Assembly (NCBI GenBank): GCA_943841885.1
Contig: CALSZZ010000004.1
Coordinates: forward strand, 133,894-197,893
Source: Candidatus Thalassarchaeaceae archaeon
GTDB lineage: Archaea > Thermoplasmatota > Poseidoniia > Poseidoniales > Thalassarchaeaceae
DNA length: 64,000 nt
Reading direction: 5' to 3'
Shown in pieces: positions 55,313-64,000 of this stretch (position 1 is its first letter; every line of letters begins with the position of its first letter). Made by a program: the position numbers and the translations under genes. The notes beneath the pieces were generated by a model. That model was not told the origin of the DNA and searched no databases. It worked only from the letters and a program-made list of their open reading frames with translations.

Positions 55313-56884
55313 ATGAGTGACGGTGCGGGCAAACCTCAGGTTGCAATTGTTCCGGAACAAACCAATATCACTAGTGGAACAGAAGTTCAAGAAAAACTTA
55401 TTTTGGCAGCAAGAGTATTCTCTGATTTACTCAAGCCAACATTTGGACCACGTGGCTTAGATAAAATGTTGTATAAAACCGATGGAACCACTGCTGTTAC
55501 AAATGATGGAGCAAAAATAGTTGCAGAATTGATGGTAAAACATCCAGCTGCTAAGATGATGGTTTCAATGGGTAATGTCCAAGAAGAAACATGTGGAGAT
55601 GGAGTTACTACAACTATGTTATTATGTGGCTCCTTACTAATAGAAGCAAACATACTACTTAGAAAAGGATTACACCCATTAACACTCGTAGATGGATACA
55701 GACTTGCATTAGAAGTTGCAAAAGAGAAAATAGAGCAAGAATCTACACCCGTCAATAAAGAACGTCTTCTAGGCGTCGCCAAGACAGCATTAAGAGGTAA
55801 AGGAGCTGAAAATGCAATTGACTTATTTTCTAATATAATTGTTGAAGCATTATCAATACTTTCGGAAAATAGAAAAAATATAGGTGCAGAACATGTTGTA
55901 ATGTTCAAAACTAACCTCGGCGTAATTCATAATTCACGTCTTCGAAAAGGAGTAGTAATAAATCGTAGAGTATTAATGGACAATCTACCGAATAATTTGA
56001 TAACTCCAAATATAGCAGTACTTAACTCAGACTTAAAAATCCGTTCTTTTACTAGAAACGTCGAAATCAAAATTAATAATGCCAATCAACTAGATTCATT
56101 TGTGGATGCTGAACAAGAACGCAAAGAATCGATAGCAAATGCAATAATTAATAGCGGCGCGAATACTGTATTTTGTACAGGAGAAGTAGATAGAGAAATA
56201 TTATACTTATTATCTGATAATTCTATATTAACAGTCGGAGAATTAGATTCTTCTGAAATAGAAAATATTGCAGAGGCTACGGGAGCAAATATTGTAGAAT
56301 CAATACTAGATATAGAATCTTCAGATATTGGTACTTGTGGTTCAATAAAATGGGAAAGAAGAGAAAATACAGAACAAATTGAAGATATTATTACAATTGA
56401 TGAATGTAATAATCCAAAAATTGTAACCATCGAAGTTGGAGGCTCAGGAGATATTGTCACCGAAGAAATAATTAGAGGTCTACACGATTCTCTACGTGCA
56501 TCATCTATTGCCTTAATGGAAAATGAAATACTTTTAGGAGCAGGTACAATACATTCACAAATGGCCAACTCAGTTAGAGAAGCATCCGAATCAGAACCGG
56601 GAAGAGCAAGATTAGCGATGGAGGCATTTGCGAGAGCATTGGAAACTATTCCTGCAACATTGGTCGAGAATTCAGGAGGAGAATCATTAGACCGTATTTT
56701 GGAATTACGCACATCTTCTAGAGAAAATAAGACCTCAATGGGTATCAACATTGATGGTTTTGTAGCTCCAACCGAAGATGTTTGGCACCCTCGTTTAGTA
56801 ATTGAAGCATCATTAGAATCAGCAACTGAAACAGCGATGAGTATGCTAAGGATAGATCAAGTGATATCTTCTCGTGGCGATTAA
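55313..56884 (+). CDS. ths: Thermosome subunit (group II chaperonin, TCP-1/Cpn60 family)
   Basis: Contains GPRGLDKML, GDGVTTT (ATP-binding) and the archaeal thermosome equatorial/apical layout. 523 aa. Confidence 0.9.
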   Translation: MSDGAGKPQVAIVPEQTNITSGTEVQEKLILAARVFSDLLKPTFGPRGLDKMLYKTDGTTAVTNDGAKIVAELMVKHPAAKMMVSMGNVQEETCGDGVTTTMLLCGSLLIEANILLRKGLHPLTLVDGYRLALEVAKEKIEQESTPVNKERLLGVAKTALRGKGAENAIDLFSNIIVEALSILSENRKNIGAEHVVMFKTNLGVIHNSRLRKGVVINRRVLMDNLPNNLITPNIAVLNSDLKIRSFTRNVEIKINNANQLDSFVDAEQERKESIANAIINSGANTVFCTGEVDREILYLLSDNSILTVGELDSSEIENIAEATGANIVESILDIESSDIGTCGSIKWERRENTEQIEDIITIDECNNPKIVTIEVGGSGDIVTEEIIRGLHDSLRASSIALMENEILLGAGTIHSQMANSVREASESEPGRARLAMEAFARALETIPATLVENSGGESLDRILELRTSSRENKTSMGINIDGFVAPTEDVWHPRLVIEASLESATETAMSMLRIDQVISSRGD

Positions 56885-56930
56885 TTATAAATTATCGAAC
56901 TGTTGAAGAACTTGTGATTAATCGCACAAC

Positions 56931-58523
56931 ATGGTCAGTCCACGAGCACTGCTAAGTGTATGGGAAAAAGAAGGAATAGTAGAGTTTGCTAATTCACTTT
57001 CAGAATTGGGTTGGACTATTCTTTCAACTGGTGGAACTTCAAGAAAACTGAGGAAATCAAATATAGATGTAATAGATGTCTCAGAAGTAACCAACCATCC
57101 TGAAATTTTGCATGGTAGGGTAAAGACCCTTCATCCTGCGGTTCATGGAGGGATACTTGCTCGTAGAAAAATTGATAATGATTTAGAAACACTAGATAAA
57201 TTAGGCTACGGAACCATCGATTTAGTTTGTGTCAATCTCTATCCATTTCAGAATGTTGCAGCCCAAGAACCGAAAGTTTCTGATGAAGAATTAATAGAAA
57301 TGATAGATATTGGAGGCCCAACAATGATTAGATCTGCTGCTAAGAATCATTCCGACGTGATTGTAGTCACCAATAAAAATCAATATGATGATATTATAAA
57401 AAAACTTTCTAAATCATCAGGAGAACCATCAGGTGTAGATATTGAAATGAGGAAAAATTTAGCAATTTCAGCATTTCAATCCACTGCTTCTTATGATATA
57501 ATAGTGAGTAATGAATTGGAAGAACGTTTTTCAGATTTAGAAATACCTAGTAAGTTACACATAAGCACAGATATAGGAACAAATCTTAGATATGGTGAAA
57601 ATCCACATCAACCAGCAGCCTTCTATTCAGATTCTATGACACAGAAAAAGAATGGACTTGCCAAAGCAATTCAACATGGAGGAAAAGAACTTTCGTTCAA
57701 TAATTATCTTGATCTAGATGGTGCATTACGCATTGCACGCAATCTTTTATTGGATATTACAAATCCATATAATCACGGTTGTGTGATAATAAAACATACC
57801 AATCCATGTGGTGCCGCTTTGGATAAATACCAACATATTGCCTGGGAGAATGCACTGGCTAGTGATCCAGAGAGTGCGTTTGGGTGTGTCATCGCATTTA
57901 CCTCAATTGTTGAAAAAGAAACCGCAGAATTAATTGGAAATCATTTTTTTGAATGTATTATTTCACCGGGATATGCCCCCGGTGCATTAGAAATATTATC
58001 GTTAAAGAAGAATAGAAGAATGTTAACTTTGGAAGACTTTCCTTCAAGAAATGATGAGTTAAGACTACGTCAGATTAATGGAGGTTGGGTGGCGCAAATA
58101 CAAGGAGCTCCGAATATCGACTGGGAAAATGTAAAATGTGTTACAAAAAGAATTGCGAATGAAAAAGAGTATGCGCTTGCTAGATTTGGCTGTAAAGTTC
58201 TTTCAGAAGTAAAGTCAAACTCCGTTGCGCTTGTTTCCGAAACCGATACTGGATTTGCTACAGTAGGTATTGGCCCAGGCCAAACAAGCAGAGTCGAAGC
58301 AGTACATATTGCCGCTAGAAGAGCTGGCTTAAGAGCCCAGTCATCAATGATGATTTCAGATGCTTTTTTTCCATTTAGAGATGGTATTGATGCTGCAAAC
58401 GAAATTGGAGTAAAAACAGTAATTCAGCCAGGTGGCTCTATTCGAGATCAAGAGGTGATTGATGCCGCAAACGAGCATCAAATGTCCATGTTATTCACGA
58501 ATAAGAGATTATTTTTGCATTAA
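56931..58523 (+). CDS. purH: Bifunctional AICAR transformylase / IMP cyclohydrolase
   Basis: The MGS-like N-domain (RALLSVWEKEGIVEFA, TGGT) and AICARFT C-domain (IIKHTNPCG, SDAFFPFRD) are present. Confidence 0.9.
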   Translation: MVSPRALLSVWEKEGIVEFANSLSELGWTILSTGGTSRKLRKSNIDVIDVSEVTNHPEILHGRVKTLHPAVHGGILARRKIDNDLETLDKLGYGTIDLVCVNLYPFQNVAAQEPKVSDEELIEMIDIGGPTMIRSAAKNHSDVIVVTNKNQYDDIIKKLSKSSGEPSGVDIEMRKNLAISAFQSTASYDIIVSNELEERFSDLEIPSKLHISTDIGTNLRYGENPHQPAAFYSDSMTQKKNGLAKAIQHGGKELSFNNYLDLDGALRIARNLLLDITNPYNHGCVIIKHTNPCGAALDKYQHIAWENALASDPESAFGCVIAFTSIVEKETAELIGNHFFECIISPGYAPGALEILSLKKNRRMLTLEDFPSRNDELRLRQINGGWVAQIQGAPNIDWENVKCVTKRIANEKEYALARFGCKVLSEVKSNSVALVSETDTGFATVGIGPGQTSRVEAVHIAARRAGLRAQSSMMISDAFFPFRDGIDAANEIGVKTVIQPGGSIRDQEVIDAANEHQMSMLFTNKRLFLH

Positions 58524-58526
58524 ATC

Positions 58527-59036
58527 TTATTCACGAGTTTTTATTTTTAGAATAACATAGACAATCCCTATAATTCCTACGAGAATAATTGTTGCTGAAC
58601 CGTATCCGGGGTCAGCTCCATCCCATGAGGACGGACTTGATAGTTCCCCATTGCCTTTTGTGGAAACATGCCATACAAAATAGGTAGACAAAGAAGTCAT
58701 GATTGTAATTAATCCAACGAGTCCATATTTAGCATGTCTAGGTATTGTTTTACCGGTGGCATAATATTCAAAAATAGCAGAACCAAAGTATGGATTTGTC
58801 AAAGTCCAATGAAATAATTTTTTATTAGAAATTGAAAATAAAAATGCAGCAGGAACTGCCCAAGATACAGTAGGCCATCCGGGGATAAAAACTCCTATTA
58901 TGGCAAAAAAAACAAATAAACAACCTAGAGAAACATAAATTTTACTTTTAACAGGATTGCTAGTAACAGAATATCTTTCGATAATTTGTTCTACATTATC
59001 CAATCTTTGCATTGCATTCTCAATTAATCCTAACAC
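58527..59036 (-). CDS. DUF454/YbaN-family inner-membrane protein
   Basis: IIGVFIPGWPTVSWAVPAAFLFSISNKKLFHWTLTNPYFG...TIPRHAKY matches the YbaN pattern (lPllPTtpF.llAa.cFaRsS.r.h.WL...rfG...IPr.aK). Confidence 0.55.
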   Translation of the reverse strand: MLGLIENAMQRLDNVEQIIERYSVTSNPVKSKIYVSLGCLFVFFAIIGVFIPGWPTVSWAVPAAFLFSISNKKLFHWTLTNPYFGSAIFEYYATGKTIPRHAKYGLVGLITIMTSLSTYFVWHVSTKGNGELSSPSSWDGADPGYGSATIILVGIIGIVYVILKIKTRE

Positions 59037-59123
59037 TGTTCCATCTTTAAGTTCAGTTATCTATAACATACTTTTTATTAATTTATAACGAAACCTAAAA
59101 TCCTACTAACTCCTGACGGGTTC

Positions 59124-59762
59124 ATGGAGAAGCCATACGTATTTCCTAGACGAGCATCCATAGACAAACCTCTAAGGATAGCAGTCTTAATTTCTGGAAG
59201 TGGTTCAGGCCTGAATGCTCTATTAAATTATCAACAAGATCCTAGAGCGCATATTACTAAATTAATTATATCTGATAACATTAACGCTAAGGGTCTAAAA
59301 TATGGCTATGACAATAATATCGCTACAAAGAGTATACCACTGCCAGATATTTCTGATAAAAATAGACAGAGAATTTTGCATGAAGGATTAATTAATATTG
59401 AATTAATTAATTCGGAGATTGAACTTATTGTTTTAAGCGGTTATATGAGGATTTTTACACCATCTTTTGTTGCAAAATGGAAAGGTCGTATAATCAATAT
59501 CCACCCATCATTACTTCCTGATTTTCCAGGTGCACATGCACACAGAGATGTAATTAGATCAGGTGTTAAGATAAGTGGATGTACTGTACATTTGGTTGAT
59601 TTCGGAGTAGATACTGGAATGATATTAGCACAAAAAGAAGTAGAAATTATTTCAGGAGAAACGATTCAAACATTACAAGATAAAATAAAAAAAATAGAAC
59701 ATGAAATCTATCCAAAAGTTCTGGATTTGTTATGTGAAGGGCAATATCATCCTATATCATGA
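59124..59762 (+). CDS. purN: Phosphoribosylglycinamide formyltransferase
   Basis: Contains RIAVLISGSGSGLNAL, IINIHPSLLP and the GCTVHLVD formyl-transfer motif. Confidence 0.85.
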   Translation: MEKPYVFPRRASIDKPLRIAVLISGSGSGLNALLNYQQDPRAHITKLIISDNINAKGLKYGYDNNIATKSIPLPDISDKNRQRILHEGLINIELINSEIELIVLSGYMRIFTPSFVAKWKGRIINIHPSLLPDFPGAHAHRDVIRSGVKISGCTVHLVDFGVDTGMILAQKEVEIISGETIQTLQDKIKKIEHEIYPKVLDLLCEGQYHPIS

Positions 59763-60313
59763 GGATAATTAATATTATTTAGGATTTTAAAATCCTCCAA
59801 ATAAGATGAACATTCTAGTTCAGAAAATTGAATAAATAATGGCTTTTTACTCCCTTTCTTTAATTTATTTAGTATCGCTTTGGGCCTAACTAAAGACAGT
59901 AATGGATGTTTTTTAACACCATCAGTCGGCATTAATAAATCATCATTATCACTAATGTAATTTCTTAAACAATTAAAAAAATCATTCGTAACCCAGGGAA
60001 CATCAACAGTAGCTAATTGTATCAAATCTTCTTTTAGAATATTATTATCTTCAAAATTTTCAATAATTGCTTCTATAGGGCCGGCATACTGATTACTATC
60101 TACAAACCATTCCAGATTTATATCTGAATTTAATATTTCACCATATATTTCAATATATTTAATATCTGAAACCACTATTCTTATAGGTTCTTTATCTGAT
60201 GAATTTAAGGCGTTTACTATACGAGAAATACAGTATTCTCCTTCAATTTTAATCATAGCCTTATCTTCACCCATTCTTGATGATTTACCTCCTGCCAAGA
60301 GTAAAGACCGCAT
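59747..60313 (-). CDS. mobA: Molybdenum cofactor guanylyltransferase
   Basis: Contains LLLAGGKSSRMGEDKA (the MobA GTP-binding signature) and a nucleotidyltransferase fold. Confidence 0.75.
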   Translation of the reverse strand: MRSLLLAGGKSSRMGEDKAMIKIEGEYCISRIVNALNSSDKEPIRIVVSDIKYIEIYGEILNSDINLEWFVDSNQYAGPIEAIIENFEDNNILKEDLIQLATVDVPWVTNDFFNCLRNYISDNDDLLMPTDGVKKHPLLSLVRPKAILNKLKKGSKKPLFIQFSELECSSYLEDFKILNNINYPHDIG

Positions 60314-60317
60314 TTAA

Positions 60318-60527
60318 TCACCTCAGTTCATCCAGACGATTTAAAGCATATTGGATTTCATCCATAAGATCTAATGCTCTTTTTAATAAAATTTGACGTT
60401 CCTTCCTTCCATTAGATTCACCTAACCAACGCATCAATTGTGATATATCATCCGAATTTTTTTGTATTGTCCATGTAAGTACTTGTTCAGAAATAGGATC
60501 ATCCGATGGCAAAAGTCGTACGCCCAT
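60318..60527 (-). CDS. Small hypothetical protein (69 aa)
   Basis: Sits tightly between mobA and the upstream gene on the same strand. Confidence 0.25.
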   Translation of the reverse strand: MGVRLLPSDDPISEQVLTWTIQKNSDDISQLMRWLGESNGRKERQILLKRALDLMDEIQYALNRLDELR

Positions 60528-60558
60528 AACTACCCGAAGTGTGGTGCACCCATCAGTT

Positions 60559-61209
60559 CTACGGTTTAATATCGCTTATTTTACTCATTATTCTTGTAAT
60601 AACTGAATCACTAGATGGAATATTTATATTTTCAAGACACAAAACCATATCTAAACTTGGATCAATACCTCTAATCATTCCATTATATGTAACTAATATT
60701 GCCAAATGACCATCAACTAATCTTTTTTTACTCCATATTTTTCTAAGATTTTCAGTAGGCATCTCTCGTCCAGAGCGTAACAATTCTTCAATTGTTAGTA
60801 ATAACCCATCTATAGGCTCCTTTTTTCTAAGGCATGATCTAAATATTTTCCAAGGATTGGTTCTCATACTTACATGATCTAAATTAGCAATTAGTATAGC
60901 TGAAAGTGCTACATCTTCTCGGCCATGTCTTTTCCATAATTTTTCATTAAATTTCAATAAGAATTTATGATTACCATTGTTTTTTGTTATTAACCAAGAT
61001 GCCAATCTTCTAAGTAAACCATCAGGAGTACCCAGATGAAACGAATAACCAGCCGAAGAACCTAACCTATCGGTACTTGATTTCATTATGAGGGCCGGAA
61101 TTCCTATTGGATATGCCTCCCTTGTAATTTTTAATAATTTTTTTTCAGAAGTATGTACTGAATCTTCGCATTCTGCTAAAAATTCATCTAATACCACATA
61201 TTCTTTCAT
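60559..61209 (-). CDS. Hypothetical protein, possibly of the DNA alkylation repair (AlkD/AlkC-like HEAT-repeat) family
   Basis: FHLGTPDGLLRRLASWL, HGREDVALSAILIANL and NPWKIFRSCL loosely match the DNA_alkylation family pattern (f.GvpmpdlRklak..; hEeRllal.ll; nnWdlvD). Confidence 0.35.
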   Translation of the reverse strand: MKEYVVLDEFLAECEDSVHTSEKKLLKITREAYPIGIPALIMKSSTDRLGSSAGYSFHLGTPDGLLRRLASWLITKNNGNHKFLLKFNEKLWKRHGREDVALSAILIANLDHVSMRTNPWKIFRSCLRKKEPIDGLLLTIEELLRSGREMPTENLRKIWSKKRLVDGHLAILVTYNGMIRGIDPSLDMVLCLENINIPSSDSVITRIMSKISDIKP

Positions 61210-61703
61210 TTACGATCCTCATTTTTAACAAGAATATTATCAAAAATATCTCTCATACGATCAATGGAGTCATATAATCTAATTCTAACTTCATCTTTTA
61301 GGGTTCTGTGAATGACTTCCTCTAATTGTCTATCCATACTTCGAGCAATCGCTCTGTGTTCCGAATCATCTATTTGAAATATTTTTCTAAGATATGCAAT
61401 TTGTAAGAGTTCATCATCTGATCGATCGGTATGAATTAACATTGCCTCTAACACTTGCCCATAAATCCGCCGCTGTTCTTCTTCAGTAATTATTTTTCCA
61501 GGCTCTAGGCTGCTATTTTGAATAATCGAGTCATAAATCATTTTTGGCTCATTATCATCTAATTTTAACGAATGAGCTAATTTTATCAATAAACGTTTTT
61601 CTCCATTACTCATTTGACCATCTTTTAATGCTAGAGAAGTGGCTCCACGAAATACACTTCGTCTATCAAAACCAATTTCCTCCATGCCTTTCGATGTAAG
61701 CAA
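61206..61703 (-). CDS. Hypothetical protein with a TerB-like domain
   Basis: LKDGQMSNGEKRLLIKLAHSLKLDD resembles the TerB / DjlA N-terminal-like motif. A 4-nt overlap with the downstream gene is present. Confidence 0.35.
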   Translation of the reverse strand: MLTSKGMEEIGFDRRSVFRGATSLALKDGQMSNGEKRLLIKLAHSLKLDDNEPKMIYDSIIQNSSLEPGKIITEEEQRRIYGQVLEAMLIHTDRSDDELLQIAYLRKIFQIDDSEHRAIARSMDRQLEEVIHRTLKDEVRIRLYDSIDRMRDIFDNILVKNEDRK

Positions 61704-61909
61704 GTGAATATAATTCCTCGCTAAAAATAATTTTTCTTGATTGTCTAAAAATTATTTTTAATAGGAGGATTCATCAACTAGTAACTGCTGGGATAATATG
61801 CTGACAAGTCACACTCGAGGATGCTCTGCGTCTATTCAACCAACTGCCATTTAGGCAAATCCGGAAAGAGTTTCTGGTGTGTGGATTTAAAAAATGGAGA
61901 GAAAATAAT

Positions 61910-63076
61910 ATGTCAAAAGAAGGAAAATATATCATACACGCATCAATTCGTACAGACGGAACAGTAGCAAGAAAAGACGTCATAGGGGCTATTTTTGGCC
62001 AAACAGAAGGCCTCCTAGGGGATCAATTACAATTGAGAAAATTACAAAGAACTGGAAGAATAGGACACGTTGATGTGGTACTACATCAAAATAAAGGACA
62101 AGTACAAGGAGAGATTCTAGTAACATCATCTTTAGATCAAGTTAGTACTGCAGTAATTGGAGCTGCATTGGAAACAATAGAACGAATTGGTCCTTGTAAA
62201 TCTTCAATAAAAGTAAAACAAATAGAAAATATACGTACGGCAAAGAGAGAACATGTAATCGATAGAGCCAAACAGTTACTCGTTAATTTAGTAAATTCTG
62301 GCACAGATGAATCAAAGAATATTCTTGATGAAGTAAGATCTGTTTTAACATTAAATACTGAGATAGAACTTTCTGGTATGACCGCAGGACCAAATGTCAA
62401 AAATAGTGAAGCGATAATTATTGTTGAAGGAAGAAACGATGTTAGAAATTTATTGAAATATGGAATAAAGAACGCTATTGCAACCATGGGTTCTGGTATT
62501 GATTCCGAACTTGTAGCATTGGCCAAAACAAAGAAAGTAGTTACAGCGTTCTTAGATGGAGATAGAGGCGGTAAACTATTACTGTTAGAATTAAGTGGTA
62601 AGTTAGGCAAAACACTTACTCATGTATCTATAGCCCCTCAAAGTAGAGAAGTAGAACATCTAGAAGGTAAAGTAATTACAAAATGCCTCAATCAAAAAGA
62701 AGTATCCTCAAAAGCAGTTGCTAGAATTCAGGTTGAAATACAAAAAGATGATGATGAAACGGTGGGTACCGGCACAGAATTATTGGAAGTACCAGAACAT
62801 GTAAAAGAATGGGCCACACATCTTGAAGGTTTACCACGAAATAAAGCAATTATTATTCATGAAGATGGTACGGCTTCAGAACCAATTGGTGCTAGTAATT
62901 TGAAAGAATCATTAGAAGAAACACAGGGGGCTCAAGGACTTGTTTTTGCTGGAAAAATTAATGATAAAATATTTGATTATGCTTCTGGTGCAGGTATAGA
63001 AAATGTACTTGGCAATTCTAGGGGAAACACTTCTCGCAAGCAGGATGTTCAAGCCTTTTCACCAAAAGATTTTTGA
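61910..63076 (+). CDS. dnaG: Archaeal DnaG-type primase / exosome-associated TOPRIM protein
   Basis: The N-terminus YIIHASIRTDGTVARKDVIGAIFGQTEGLLG is the archaeal DnaG signature, and the Toprim domain is IIIVEGRNDVRNLLKYGI...FLDGDRGG. The start was set at MSKEGKY; the track ORF begins at 61877. Confidence 0.8.
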   Translation: MSKEGKYIIHASIRTDGTVARKDVIGAIFGQTEGLLGDQLQLRKLQRTGRIGHVDVVLHQNKGQVQGEILVTSSLDQVSTAVIGAALETIERIGPCKSSIKVKQIENIRTAKREHVIDRAKQLLVNLVNSGTDESKNILDEVRSVLTLNTEIELSGMTAGPNVKNSEAIIIVEGRNDVRNLLKYGIKNAIATMGSGIDSELVALAKTKKVVTAFLDGDRGGKLLLLELSGKLGKTLTHVSIAPQSREVEHLEGKVITKCLNQKEVSSKAVARIQVEIQKDDDETVGTGTELLEVPEHVKEWATHLEGLPRNKAIIIHEDGTASEPIGASNLKESLEETQGAQGLVFAGKINDKIFDYASGAGIENVLGNSRGNTSRKQDVQAFSPKDF

Positions 63077-63284
63077 TTTTATTTTAGTATCTTACCCATG
63101 AATAATAATATCCTGATTATTTTTAATTACTATTATAATTGCTATCCACTGCTTGTAATTAGTAGAAGCCATCAAAAGTCTTGTATGTCCGCTAGGGCTG
63201 ATGGAATCTTCTACAATGACTTTGGGAACAGTCTATGGAATACTTATCATCGCATTTACTACTCTTTGGCTAAAACATAATAGT

Positions 63285-64000
63285 ATGTTGAGAAAGAGTA
63301 AAAAATTTCATACGAGACTTGGATCTTTACAAGGAAGTCTGAATGATAAAGCAACTTCTCTGGATTTATTGTCTAGAGGAGTTAGTACCATCCTTTCTGA
63401 CTCTCCAAAAGTACATGATTTGTTAAATGTACATCATTCATTAGAAAATGCTGAAAATTTATTATTAAATCAAGGATTCGCAATAAGCTCTAGCGAATCA
63501 TGTGCTATAGCTACTCATGCTACACGATCCATATTGGTTCACTACTCTGGACTTACTTATGATGAATATGATGAAATTACACCAGGACTCTTACCATTAA
63601 CGAAAAGATTAGATGTAATACTGACTCAATCAGAAATGAAAGCAGAAGATATTGAATTGAATGGGAATGAATATCGAAGAATAGGCGAATTGTTTCATGC
63701 AATTGGAAAAATAGATAGAGCTGCAGATTGTTACAAAATGGCACATGAGTTAGAACCTGAGGACCCCAAATCACTCTTGTCATTAGCAGATATTCAGAGA
63801 CATAAAGGCGATTTAGAATCCCTTGATATCACTTTGGAGAGGTTATTGGCAATTAATCCAGATAATATGCAGGTTCTTCAAGAGCAGATACTACTAGTTA
63901 TGGATTCAGATTCTGACCGTGTTTCTAGAAATAAGAAAAGATTAGAAGGATTGGGTGTAGATACAAAAAATATAGGACATAATGTGTCAGAACTTTCTGA
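63285..64000 (+). CDS. TPR-repeat protein (3' partial, continues off the right edge)
   Basis: The open frame from the ATG at about 63285 to the window end has no stop. TPR-like helices are present (YRRIGELFHAIGKIDRAADCYKMAHELEPEDPKSLLSLADIQRHKG). Confidence 0.4.
   Translation, partial: MLRKSKKFHTRLGSLQGSLNDKATSLDLLSRGVSTILSDSPKVHDLLNVHHSLENAENLLLNQGFAISSSESCAIATHATRSILVHYSGLTYDEYDEITPGLLPLTKRLDVILTQSEMKAEDIELNGNEYRRIGELFHAIGKIDRAADCYKMAHELEPEDPKSLLSLADIQRHKGDLESLDITLERLLAINPDNMQVLQEQILLVMDSDSDRVSRNKKRLEGLGVDTKNIGHNVSELS

Noticed and set aside
55387-56751. Minus-strand ORFs 55387..55908 and 56086..56751
   Set aside because: They are antisense to the thermosome gene. Ala/Ser-rich mirror translations are typical of chaperonin antisense frames.
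61774-61983. 69-aa minus-strand ORF
   Set aside because: It overlaps the dnaG start region antisense. The dnaG N-terminal signature is unambiguous.
62137-62610. 157-aa minus-strand ORF
   Set aside because: It is antisense within dnaG.
63098-63783. ORFs 63098..63280 (plus) and 63577..63783 (minus)
   Set aside because: The first is a short Tyr/Asn-rich ORF in the dnaG/TPR spacer with no features. The second is antisense to the open TPR-protein frame.
1-64000. CRISPR arrays, rRNA genes, transposases, integrases, inteins and a prophage
   Set aside because: No regularly spaced direct repeats, no rRNA-like stretches, no DDE/tyrosine-recombinase-like ORFs and no host-gene interruptions were seen. 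The only tandem repeats are coding (23458..23716).

Overview
This is a low-GC (roughly mid-30s %) archaeal chromosomal segment that is densely coding on both strands. The archaeal assignment rests on a thermosome subunit, archaeal-type DnaG, an RFC small-subunit-like clamp loader, prefoldin alpha, ribosomal protein LX, RpoP, GGGP synthase, geranylgeranyl reductase, diphthine synthase and Trm5. The abundance of secreted peptidases (S15, M28, M50), BNR lipoproteins and a PGF-CTERM remnant suggests a marine heterotrophic euryarchaeon of the Marine Group II (Poseidoniales) type; this is an inference. Housekeeping content includes purine biosynthesis and salvage (purS-purL fusion, purQ, purH, purN, apt, guaA subunit A, an AzgA-type permease), pyrF, a cysQ-cysD-cysNC sulfate-activation operon, FtsY/prefoldin, two tRNAs (Asp-GTC and Leu-GAG, both with encoded CCA), molybdenum-cofactor genes (moeA, mobA, MOSC) and many transporters. 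There are no CRISPR arrays, rRNAs or obvious mobile elements. None of the findings is a defense system or mobile island, and I could not identify a single obviously novel system in this window; the most unusual items are listed first. (1) An orphan signal peptide and PGF-CTERM sorting domain separated by a frameshift. (2) A polyproline-repeat zinc-ribbon protein. (3) A PAPS-synthesis cassette inserted into the conserved LX-pfdA-ftsY cluster. (4) Tandem BNR lipoprotein paralogs with a shared C-terminal motif. (5) A PurS-PurL fusion. (6) A paralogous membrane-protein pair. (7) A large unknown protein co-oriented with dph5. Coordinates I derived by hand (tRNAs, alternative starts) may be off by 1-2 nt.
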